Source: an uncultured Acidobacteriota bacterium
GTDB taxonomy: Bacteria; Acidobacteriota; Terriglobia; Acidiferrales; UBA7541
DNA length: 64,000 bases
NCBI GenBank assembly: GCA_963812565.1
Contig: CAWEVR010000006.1
Location: 216,199 to 280,198 of the forward strand
Direction of reading: 5' to 3'
Shown here: in pieces, positions 17,328-25,263 of the stretch
Numbering within the stretch: position 1 is the stretch's first letter
Layout of the letters: every line of letters begins with the position of its first letter
The notes under the pieces: generated by a model
Seen by the model: only the letters and a program-made list of their open reading frames with translations
Databases searched by the model: none
Told to the model about the DNA's origin: nothing
Translations under genes and position numbers: made by a program

Positions 17328-18746
17328 ATGTCGCACAGGATCCTAGAAGGCTTATTCCTGAGTGCTTTCGTATTGGCCTCGGGCGTCTTATTGCCAACAC
17401 TCAGTCACTCGCAGCCGACTGGAAGTCAAGACGCCTCGAGGATTCGGACTGATTTCACATCCAAAGATACAATGGCAAGGCTCGAGCAGAGTTCACCTCA
17501 GGCTGATGCTTCTACGGCGGTACGTCCGCAAGGTGGGACTCCGAAGAACTGTCTTCAATTCTCCAATCCGGTTGTGCCCGGGGCCTGCCCCGGCGAGTTT
17601 CGTCATGGAACTTTGGTCAAGAAGATCGGATTCGGAAAGAACGAGATCCTTGAGTTAGCTCATGGTCCTGAAGACGCCACAGATACTCACCCTGGTCTGG
17701 ACCTAGTTGCAGACTGCGGACTGCCGATATATGCAGTCGCGGATGGCGTAGTTGTTGATATGGTAGCGGACAGCAGCGATCGAGACTTCCCATATCTCGG
17801 CTACATGATTAGGTTGAAGCACGCAGCCACAAGCACTGGGCGCACTTTGCCGGAACCGCCGCTTCATGAAACTGAGACGATTTATCTTCACATGCAAGAT
17901 CCCCCCTTGGTGAAGCTGGGGAGTACTATCCAGGAAAACACGTTGTTAGGAAAAGTAGGTCGAACAGGAGCGGCCTGGGGGTGCCATTCACATTTTGAGG
18001 TAAGACACTTTCGCGGACGCTACATGTCTGATCCGAGTTGGAATAGTCCGCCGAACATTTACGGCACTGGCGACCAGACAAAGAGCAAGCTATTCACGAG
18101 TAAGTGGACGGATCCGATTTCTTGGTTTCAGCAGCTTCCCGCAGAACTCGCCCCAGCAAAGCCATTCTTATTGGATACCGCAATTGGGGCGACCGTGCGA
18201 GACTTTCCCAATCCACCTACCACATTCGTTGATCCGGGTGTTTGTCCTGGTGAGTATTGCCGCTATGGAGCGTGGACTGTGCCGAAGGCTACGGCAGTCC
18301 ATCCGAGCCAAGGCGCGAGCACTACGCTATTCACCCTAAGCAAGGGACAAGAGGTGACGGCCTTGACCGGCGTCGTGACCACCAAACCGGGAAAGATTAG
18401 AATTATCCATCCAATTCGTGTACCCAACTTGGGTGGCATAATGGAATCTGGAGAAATATACATCCTCACCTACAAAAGTGAGGGCTATTGGAAAGTCTGG
18501 ATGATGGGCAAACTAATTGACGGTGTACAACTCACTGGGAAGAACTTTCCCCTGACTCTGAACTGTAATCCGTCTGATCAGGCGTGCAAAAATAAAATCG
18601 AGTCGCAGTGGATAGGCCCGATTGTCGGTGAGGTGGAAGAAGAGCCACAAGCAAAGTGGTGGGTGCAGATCAGAGACGCCGCCGGCCGGACCGGCTGGAT
18701 CGAGGCTTCAACCCTAACTTGGTCAGGGATCAATAGCATTTTTTAA
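17328..18746 (+). CDS. Secreted M23 metallopeptidase with C-terminal SH3b-like repeats
   Basis: Signal peptide (LFLSAFVLASGVLLPTLSHSQ), HxxxD (HPGLDLVADCGLPIYAVADG) and HxH (CHSHFEV). The C-terminal WWVQIRDAAGRTGWIEAS resembles bacterial SH3 domains. Confidence 0.8.
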   Translation: MSHRILEGLFLSAFVLASGVLLPTLSHSQPTGSQDASRIRTDFTSKDTMARLEQSSPQADASTAVRPQGGTPKNCLQFSNPVVPGACPGEFRHGTLVKKIGFGKNEILELAHGPEDATDTHPGLDLVADCGLPIYAVADGVVVDMVADSSDRDFPYLGYMIRLKHAATSTGRTLPEPPLHETETIYLHMQDPPLVKLGSTIQENTLLGKVGRTGAAWGCHSHFEVRHFRGRYMSDPSWNSPPNIYGTGDQTKSKLFTSKWTDPISWFQQLPAELAPAKPFLLDTAIGATVRDFPNPPTTFVDPGVCPGEYCRYGAWTVPKATAVHPSQGASTTLFTLSKGQEVTALTGVVTTKPGKIRIIHPIRVPNLGGIMESGEIYILTYKSEGYWKVWMMGKLIDGVQLTGKNFPLTLNCNPSDQACKNKIESQWIGPIVGEVEEEPQAKWWVQIRDAAGRTGWIEASTLTWSGINSIF

Positions 18747-19254
18747 GTAACATAGGACCTCCATTTGACCGAAGGGGGCATACCACTTCATACCACACAA
18801 TTCCGCCAAGGCAGATTGACCACGCAATTCGTAAATGCGACGGCAAATATGGTGCGACTCTCCGTGGATGATTGTTGAATGACGCCATGACAGTAGACGA
18901 CTTTGGAATTGACATACCAACGAAACGCGTGATTTCTGGGGTGTTTTTGACGAGCGTACGAGCTCAACGCGGAGGTGTACCGCTGGATGTTTGGGGCGTG
19001 CAGTCTTTTGGAGTGTACGGAGGGAGCCCCGCACTGTCTTTGTCTCCGCCGCTTCAGGCCTTTAGCCTCTGACGTATCGACGTCAGCTTGTTGAAATTGG
19101 GCGTCGGCGCGGTAACCTATCTAAAAAATCTCAAATCCCCTCAAAATCCCCGGTCACGATAGTTGGGTGGTGGGTGATGCGCCATACGTGTCGTTACATT
19201 TTCTTGGGACGGGGGATCACGCGAACAAGTAGGCATTGCGCAAACGGCGAGGGC

Positions 19255-19574
19255 GAAAGAAAGAGAGCCGGCGGGATGCCGGCGCTATAGAGGCGAAGAG
19301 AGATCCTTTCCGCCCAGGCGGACTCAGAATGACGGGCAGGGGCGAGTAAGGCAGCAAGAAGCAGATCCCTCGTCGTCCGCCAGAAAAGCCGGCGGACTCG
19401 CTCGGGGTGACAGCGCAAAGGCCAGAGCAATAGAAAGAGAGATTCTTCGCTCCGCTCAGAATGACGGACGAAGAGGAGCGGTGGTGGGTCAGATTGAAAA
19501 AACGCAGGGGGTTTCCCTGGGCGGGACCTCGCGAGGAGTCAGAGGGCCCTTGTCCGGTAACGGCGTTCATCAGG
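19255..19574. repeat. Cluster of structured repeat modules ending in the 92-bp B-type repeat (copy B1, 19483-19574)
   Basis: Contains modules GAAGAGAGATCCTTTCC...CTCAGAATGAC, GCAGATCCCTCGTCGTCCGCCAGAAAAGCCGGCGGACTCGCTCGGGGTGAC and GAGATTCTTCGCTCCGCTCAGAATGAC. These are followed by GGTGGGTCAGATTGAAAAAACGCAGGGG..., which is nearly identical to 20904-20994. Confidence 0.7.
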
Positions 19575-19908
19575 CATCTGACCCAGCTTGGCTTGAAGGT
19601 AGGTTGTTCCAAGCGACCACGCGATGCCACACGGTTTTCGAGGCCCACTCGTCTTGTGCGTTCTTCCACGACCGCTGAGTGGCAAGCCGAATCGCTCAGG
19701 AGGAAGAATGCGGAGGGAGCAGTGTCCGAGAAAGCGACGAGGAACGACCTCGATTACGCGCCACAGCCCAACAAGGTGCGGCATAATTTCGGTTTTTGTT
19801 CACATATGCAGCTTTGGTCGTACAAGACCGCTTGCGAGCAGAATGGTCCGGGAGATTCAGGGCACTAAAAGGAGATCCTTTTTTTGGATATGGCGCAACT
19901 GTATTGCC

Positions 19909-19917
19909 TGCTATAAT
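19909..19917 (+). promoter_or_regulatory. Extended -10 element (TGcTATAAT) upstream of the STAS gene
   Basis: TG at 19909-19910 and TATAAT at 19912-19917, about 57 nt before ATG 19974. No good -35 hexamer was found. Confidence 0.4.
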
Positions 19918-19973
19918 CGCGCCTCCCAACTGCGCCACCCTCGCGATGGGCATTGGAACGAGAGGAGGTTTCT

Positions 19974-20330
19974 ATGGCCTCGAATGCTGCTCCCATATCC
20001 GAACTGGTTCTGACCACAGACGGGACATCTACCGAGACAACCGTCCGTTGCACCGGCAGGATAACGTCGGACACAGCCCCATCGTTAAAGTCGACGGTCA
20101 AGCCACTGTTTTCGGAGAGCAAATCTGTCGTGCTGGATTTAACGAACGTGAGCTACATGGACAGCTCCGGGTTGGGTACGATCGTCGGTTTGTACGTATC
20201 GGCGAAAGCTGCCAACAGCCAGTTGAAGCTCATCAATTTGAACCAGCGCCTTAAGGAACTCTTCAGTATTACAAGGCTGGGTCAGGTGATGGCTGAAGGG
20301 CGCGACCCAGAGCAAATCCTGCCGCCCTGA
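19974..20330 (+). CDS. STAS-domain anti-sigma-factor antagonist (SpoIIAA-like)
   Basis: DLTNVSYMDSSGLGTIVGLY with the conserved phosphorylatable Ser context. AGGAGG lies 5 nt upstream of the ATG. Confidence 0.8.
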   Translation: MASNAAPISELVLTTDGTSTETTVRCTGRITSDTAPSLKSTVKPLFSESKSVVLDLTNVSYMDSSGLGTIVGLYVSAKAANSQLKLINLNQRLKELFSITRLGQVMAEGRDPEQILPP

Positions 20331-20589
20331 TCTTCAGCGCGCGAACCATTCGCCTTGCGCAGAACAGAGAAAAGCATCTGCCTCAAAGACGCTCCTCCCG
20401 TGGCCAGCGGCAACACGCTCGCCTAGCCTCCGTCAGAGCCACATTCAACGAAAAGCCGTACATCGGAGACGTTCGCAACACTCGGGTAAGGGTGAAGCAG
20501 AAGGGCGAGTGGCGTCAGCGAGCGAGTGAGCCTCTAAATCGCTGAGGACTGACCGGCCACTCGGAGACTTCACTAACCCCCGATAAGAC

Positions 20590-20994
20590 GGATTACCGGA
20601 CAAGTCCTTCACCGCCACCGGCTCTAGAAGCGGGGCCTCAGAAGTAAGGGCTCGCCTGCCAGCGCCACAAAGGCGAAGAGAGATCCTTCGGTTCGCTGCG
20701 CTGCCTCAGGATGACGGGCAGGGACGAGAGCGAGGCAGTAGGAAGCAGGTCCCTCGTCGTCCGCCAGAAAAGCCGCGGACTCGCTCGGGATGACAACGTA
20801 AACGCAAAGGCGGAAGTAAGAGAGCCGGCGGGACGCCAGCGTTACGAAGGCGAAGAGAGATCTTTCGGTTCGCTGCGCTCCCTCAGGATGACGGGCAAGA
20901 TGAGGTGGGTCAGATTGAAAAAACGCAGGGGATTCCCTGGGCGGGACCTCGCGAGGAGTCAGAGGGCACTTGTCCGGTAACAGCGTTAATCAGG
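20590..20994. repeat. Composite ~405-bp repeat element (A-type 170 bp, internal modules, B-type 91 bp) bounded by a 13-bp inverted repeat
   Basis: TTACCGGACAAGT at 20593-20605 is the reverse complement of ACTTGTCCGGTAA at 20968-20980. The left 170 bp recurs at 24777-24946. The right 91 bp recurs at 19483-19574. Confidence 0.75.
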
Positions 20995-21072
20995 ACTTGA
21001 GGTTTACTTCCGGGTTGCCCGTTATTCGGGAGCGATCGCAGAATACTTTCCGATGTCCGAAGTTCGACTACA

Positions 21073-21278
21073 TCACCACGGGATCACGCAGTGCGGGCTC
21101 GTCGGGTCCGCGTTCAACGTCAGCGAGCCGGAGGAGCCCGATACGTTGACGATATGTCCCGCCGACTCACCACGAAGATCCCGTGGATGGGTGGCGCATG
21201 GTTGATCTACCGGTGACAGCCAACAATCACCTTCGGGCTCTGTTGTTGTCGAAGCAGCTTAGCCAGGGCGAGCGTGGC
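21073..21278 (-). pseudogene. Possible remnant of an SDR-family gene (truncated and frameshifted)
   Basis: Minus-strand reading directly after the upstream SDR stop gives ATLALAKLLRQQQSPKVIVGCHR*. A +1 shifted frame gives ...DLRGESAGHIVNVSGSSGSLTL..., which resembles the SDR G-x-IVN-x-SS block. There is no start codon and no intact frame. Confidence 0.3.
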
Positions 21279-22004
21279 CTAGGCCGCCACCCCGGCCATT
21301 TTGCGAAGACGATCATTCGCGAAATATTGCGCCTGGCCTTCTTCGACAGCCTGCAAAACGAGGCCGGCGACGAATTCAGGCTTGTCACCATCGGCGAAAT
21401 TGACCGCCGGCCCGCCGGCTGGATTCCCCATCCTGGTCTTGCCGAAGTTTGTCGCCGTGATTGACGGGTAGATTTCACTCACGACGATGCGGTCCTTTTC
21501 CAACTCGGCGCGTGCCGTGAGGCTAAATCCAAGCAGCGCCCGCTTCGACGACGAGTAAACACTGTACTGAGGAAGGATCATGAAAGCAGTTCCCGAGTTG
21601 ATGTTTACGATGCTCCCGCCGCCTTGCGCCCGCATCACCGGAATCACAGCCTGCATTGCGACGATTGGTCCCAGGACATTGAGATGGAAGATTTCGTCAA
21701 AAAGCGCAGGGTCGATCTCCTCTATTCCGGCCGCATAGCTGCGGCCTGCATTGTTTACGAGACCGTCGATGCGGCCGTAATGCTGGTGCACAGCGCCTAC
21801 GGCTTCCCGCACTCGATCAAACTGCGTCATGTCTACCGTGACCGGCAAGCTGCCCGGAAGCTTCTGTGCTAATTCTTTCACCGCATCGGTGCTGCGAGCG
21901 AGAAGGGCGACTTTCGCGCCGCGATCAGACAGAGCGATCGCCGTGGACAGCCCTATGCCCGACGAAGCCCCGGTCGCAATGAATACGCGATCTTTGATTT
22001 CCAT
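21279..22004 (-). CDS. Short-chain dehydrogenase/reductase (classical SDR)
   Basis: TGASSGIG cofactor motif, NNAG, and YSSSK active-site context. GGAGG lies upstream of ATG 22004. Confidence 0.85.
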   Translation of the reverse strand: MEIKDRVFIATGASSGIGLSTAIALSDRGAKVALLARSTDAVKELAQKLPGSLPVTVDMTQFDRVREAVGAVHQHYGRIDGLVNNAGRSYAAGIEEIDPALFDEIFHLNVLGPIVAMQAVIPVMRAQGGGSIVNINSGTAFMILPQYSVYSSSKRALLGFSLTARAELEKDRIVVSEIYPSITATNFGKTRMGNPAGGPAVNFADGDKPEFVAGLVLQAVEEGQAQYFANDRLRKMAGVAA

Positions 22005-22029
22005 GGTTTGCTCCTCCCAATTCCAACGC

Positions 22030-22962
22030 TTAGCTGCGTCGCGCCGCAGACGCGGCAACTGTAGCAGCCTCGTGATAGTTCATTTGTTCAAGATCGGGAA
22101 TTAACCCACGCTCTGTCGGACGCCATCCGAGCTGCTTCTGCGTTTTAGCGGAAGACGCCTGCAAGTCGCTCCCCACGAAGGTCGCCAGCCAGCCAAAATG
22201 CTCCATTGCATCCTTGGGGGACTTGCTGACGACCGGAACCTGGAGGCCGCGGCCGATTACTTCGGCGATGTCTCGAAAGGGCACGCCTTCCTCGGCGACA
22301 GCATGATATCTGGCTCCCGCGGAACCCTTCTCCAGCACGAGTCTATAGAGACACGCAGCATCGAGCAGATGTGCCGCCGGCCACCGGTTTGAGCCGTCGC
22401 CGACGTACGCTGACACGCCCTTATCACGAGCCATGGCGATGGCGAAAGTGACGAGCCCTTGCTTGAAAGTATTATGAACTTGCGGGAGGCGTACGACTGA
22501 CACGCGCACGCCACGCGCGGCGACCGCGGCTGCTGCTTCTTCCGATGCCACGCGCGGAATCGCATTGGGGCCGGAAGCTGGCTCATCTTCTTCCGTCGCC
22601 ACGCGTCCCAGCGTGTGGCCCGCGATCGCCGTGCCGGAGGTGACGATGAAGGGTCGATCCGAACCAGCAAGTTCGGCGCCGAGAGCCTCGATCGCGCGCC
22701 TGTCGATTTCGCAGTTCTCCTTGAATTTCGAGAAGTCGTGAGTGAAGGCGGTGTGAATCACGCCGTCAGCGGCGGCCGCTCCCCTTCGCAAGCTCTCCAG
22801 GGCTTCGACATCACCTCGATGCACCTGGGCACCAGCGGCGATAAGAGACTTGGCCCCTGCTTCAGAACGCGCGAGGCCGAGCACCTGATGCCCCGCGCCG
22901 ATCAACTCCTTCACGACGGCCGAACCGATAAATCCCGTAGCTCCTGTCACAAATATCTTCAT
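22030..22962 (-). CDS. NAD(P)-binding atypical/extended SDR (NmrA or epimerase-like)
   Basis: [20 protein letters not shown] Rossmann motif. AGGAGG lies 8 nt upstream of ATG 22962, which is internal to the longer ORF-track call. Confidence 0.85.
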   Translation of the reverse strand: MKIFVTGATGFIGSAVVKELIGAGHQVLGLARSEAGAKSLIAAGAQVHRGDVEALESLRRGAAAADGVIHTAFTHDFSKFKENCEIDRRAIEALGAELAGSDRPFIVTSGTAIAGHTLGRVATEEDEPASGPNAIPRVASEEAAAAVAARGVRVSVVRLPQVHNTFKQGLVTFAIAMARDKGVSAYVGDGSNRWPAAHLLDAACLYRLVLEKGSAGARYHAVAEEGVPFRDIAEVIGRGLQVPVVSKSPKDAMEHFGWLATFVGSDLQASSAKTQKQLGWRPTERGLIPDLEQMNYHEAATVAASAARRS

Positions 22963-22991
22963 TGTTCGTTCCTCCTGATCCTTAGGGATCC

Positions 22992-23975
22992 TTAAAACCT
23001 CTCTCCGACCATTTCTTCGCTTTTCTTCCACAGCGCTTCCGCGTTGTTTGGATCGAGCGCATAACCGCGCACGCCTTCGCTGACGCTGCTGATCGCCGCA
23101 GAGTCCGCCACGACCTCGCCGACATGGCAGTTCTCGCAATAATTGCCACCGATCTTTTCTGCCGGAGCGACCACTGCCGCCCACACCGATGTTGCGGCAC
23201 CTTGTGGAACCGTCTTCCATTGGAAGGGTTCCTTACCCTCCGCAGCCCGTTCTTTGGTGATTTGGTCGATCAATGCCTGAAGGCGGGCCGGATCTACACT
23301 GCGCGCAAGCTCGGTTTGAATGACTCCCGGGTGCACGGCGGCGGCACGCACCCCGCTTCCACGGTGGCGCCGGTCAAACGCGACGGCGAAAAGAATGTTC
23401 GCGGTCTTCGAGCGGCCGTAGGCGACGAACGGTTCGTAAGCCGTTCGCTCAAAATTGGGATCGTCCAGGTCTACGTTGGAAAAACGGTGACCTGAGGAAG
23501 AGAGGTTGATCAGCCTGCTGCCTTTGCGCAGAAGCCGCGCAATCCGGTTGACCAGGACAAAGTGGCCGAGATGGTTGGTGCCAAACTGCGTCTCAAAGCC
23601 ATCCGCCGTGTGGCCAAAGGGAGTGGCCATCACGCCCGCGTTGGCGATAACCACGTCGAAGAACTGCCCCTTCGCCAGCAGCTCATCCGCACATTCACGT
23701 ACGCTTTTGAGGCTGGCGAGATCAAGCGCAACCAGCTCGAAACTTCCGCCGGCAGTCGCAGCATCTCTTCTGACCTGTGCAGTCGCCGCTTCGGCCTTTT
23801 TCAAATCGCGCGCGGCACCGACTACTTCTGCACCATGCGCTGCCAGCGATCGTGCCGTCTCAATGCCCAGACCCGCCGAAACGCCGGTCACGAGGATTCG
23901 TTTACCCTGCAGATTCACGCCGGATAGAACCTCGTCCGTTGTCGAAGTCGCTCCAAACACATCCACCATGTTCAT
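22992..23975 (-). CDS. Short-chain dehydrogenase/reductase (retinol-dehydrogenase-like SDR)
   Basis: [13 protein letters not shown] cofactor motif, NAGV, and YGRSKTAN active site. This is the first gene of the three-gene minus-strand operon divergent from the TetR gene. Confidence 0.85.
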   Translation of the reverse strand: MNMVDVFGATSTTDEVLSGVNLQGKRILVTGVSAGLGIETARSLAAHGAEVVGAARDLKKAEAATAQVRRDAATAGGSFELVALDLASLKSVRECADELLAKGQFFDVVIANAGVMATPFGHTADGFETQFGTNHLGHFVLVNRIARLLRKGSRLINLSSSGHRFSNVDLDDPNFERTAYEPFVAYGRSKTANILFAVAFDRRHRGSGVRAAAVHPGVIQTELARSVDPARLQALIDQITKERAAEGKEPFQWKTVPQGAATSVWAAVVAPAEKIGGNYCENCHVGEVVADSAAISSVSEGVRGYALDPNNAEALWKKSEEMVGERF

Positions 23976-24025
23976 ATTCTTTCTCCCTTCGGGCGGCTCG
24001 CCCAGATTGGGCCCGAACATCGGTA

Positions 24026-24054
24026 TTGACAAGCCACCGCATCTCGAATAAAAC
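24026..24054 (+). promoter_or_regulatory. Candidate promoter of the TetR gene (TTGACA-17 nt-TAAAAC)
   Basis: The hexamers were read directly. The -10 abuts operator 1. Confidence 0.4.
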
Positions 24055-24068
24055 GGAGAGTGTCTCCG
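24054..24068. promoter_or_regulatory. Palindromic operator 1 (CGGAGAgtgTCTCCG)
   Basis: 6-bp perfect inverted arms in the SDR/TetR divergent intergenic region. Confidence 0.5.
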
Positions 24069-24083
24069 CAACGTATAAGATAA

Positions 24084-24100
24084 CCGGAGACTGTCTCCGG
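24084..24100. promoter_or_regulatory. Palindromic operator 2 (CCGGAGACtGTCTCCGG)
   Basis: A perfect 17-bp palindrome with the same core as operator 1. The centre-to-centre distance is about 31 bp. Confidence 0.5.
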
Positions 24101-24116
24101 ATGCAAGTATTTTTTC

Positions 24117-24701
24117 ATGGCCCAAAAACATTCAAAACGCGTCCAGCGAAAGCCCCGAGCGGATGCTCAGCGGAATCGCGAACGGATTCTGGAAGTGGCG
24201 AAGGAAGCGTTTGCCCGGCATGGCGCAAACGCCAGTCTTGACGACATCGCCAGGCAGGTAGGCGTCGGACCTGGAACGTTGTATCGCCACTTCCCGACGC
24301 GCGAGGAACTTCTACAGGCGGTTTATCGGGCTGAGTTGGAAAAGCTGGCCGCAGCCGAACAGAAGTTCGCGCAGACGATGGCTCCGACTGACGCACTGCG
24401 AGCCTGGCTGTTGTTATTCGTTGATGCCATCGCAGCGAAGCAGCTCATCGCGCCCGCGCTCAATACGCTGCTCGGTGATCCCAAGAAGGTGTTCGAAGCC
24501 TCTTACGCGAAGATGCATCAGGCGATTCGCGCACTGGTGAAGCGCGGCGTTGAGAGCGGCGAGATACGCAGCGACCTCGATCCAATTGACTTACTCCACG
24601 CTCTGGTCGGCGTCTCCAATGTCGCGTCCGCGCCCGATTGGCAGCCAAGCGCCAGAAGATTAGTGGATATCCTCATTGTCGGCTCGCGTTCCCTTAAATA
24701 G
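24117..24701 (+). CDS. TetR/AcrR family transcriptional regulator
   Basis: N-terminal HTH RERILEVAKEAFARHGANASLDDIARQVGVGPGTLYRHFPTREEL. It is divergent from the SDR operon. Confidence 0.9.
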   Translation: MAQKHSKRVQRKPRADAQRNRERILEVAKEAFARHGANASLDDIARQVGVGPGTLYRHFPTREELLQAVYRAELEKLAAAEQKFAQTMAPTDALRAWLLLFVDAIAAKQLIAPALNTLLGDPKKVFEASYAKMHQAIRALVKRGVESGEIRSDLDPIDLLHALVGVSNVASAPDWQPSARRLVDILIVGSRSLK

Positions 24702-24776
24702 CCCGGGGATCTGACTCCCGGATCGTCGGCAAACCGGAAGTTATCGTCGGACCACGCGGTCAAGTCCCGGTTGGTT

Positions 24777-24946
24777 GGATTACCGGACAAGTCCTTCACC
24801 GCCACCGGCTCTAGAAGCGGGGCCTCAGAAGTAACAGCTCGCCTGCCAGCGCCACAAAGGCGAAGAGAGATCCTTCGGTTCGCTGCGCTCCCTCAGGATG
24901 ACGGGCAGGGACGAGACCGAGGCAGTAAGAAGCAGATCCCTCGTCG
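24777..24946. repeat. A-type 170-bp repeat, second copy
   Basis: Aligns without gaps to 20590-20759, with 6 mismatches counted by eye. Confidence 0.75.
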
Positions 24947-24993
24947 GCAAGAAGGTTACCGATGCCAGGCGGTAAAAAGAGCGTTGAAGTGCG

Positions 24994-25164
24994 TCAAGCC
25001 CCTTGCGAGCGAGGTTGTGTTCGCCTGTCCTCTGCCAGAAATGCCGCCACGAGCCAGACAATAGCAAACACTATGCAAATGGCGCTCAGAATGCCGCTTC
25101 TGGCGCAGAACGCAGCGGCGATGTAAATGTTCGCGATTAGGAACCTGACGACTGATTGCTTCAT
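24994..25164 (-). CDS. Small hydrophobic protein (56 aa), absent from the ORF track
   Basis: ATG at 25164 is preceded by AGGAGG with a 7-nt spacer. The product is MKQSVVRFLIANIYIAAAFCARSGILSAICIVFAIVWLVAAFLAEDRRTQPRSQGA. TGA stop at 24994-24996. Confidence 0.45.
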   Translation of the reverse strand: MKQSVVRFLIANIYIAAAFCARSGILSAICIVFAIVWLVAAFLAEDRRTQPRSQGA

Positions 25165-25263
25165 GGCTTTACCTCCTGTGATGATTCACGGCTTGGCAAG
25201 TGCCACCCGCAAGATCAAAGTAGCCCATTATCCGTATTTCTAATGACTTGACTTGGGAATTAA

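Noticed and set aside
18750-19060. A possible integrase or recombinase remnant at the right edge of the AT-rich islet.
   Set aside because: Translating all three minus-strand frames gave no R..H..R..Y-type or DDE-type blocks, only short frames with no recognisable similarity.
19217-19669. ORFs running through the repeat modules. Examples are 19217-19669 (minus strand), 20711-20980, 24771-25064, 30272-30631 and 30436-30729.
   Set aside because: Their sequences are the repeat units translated (recurring RDSSLRAP / SLRMT-type peptides). They have no SD sequences. Identical peptide segments recur wherever the DNA repeat recurs.
20590-24946. The A-type repeat pair as a DGR template/variable repeat pair.
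   Set aside because: There is no reverse transcriptase in the window. Neither copy lies in a coding target. The mismatches involve G positions in one copy rather than adenines of a template.
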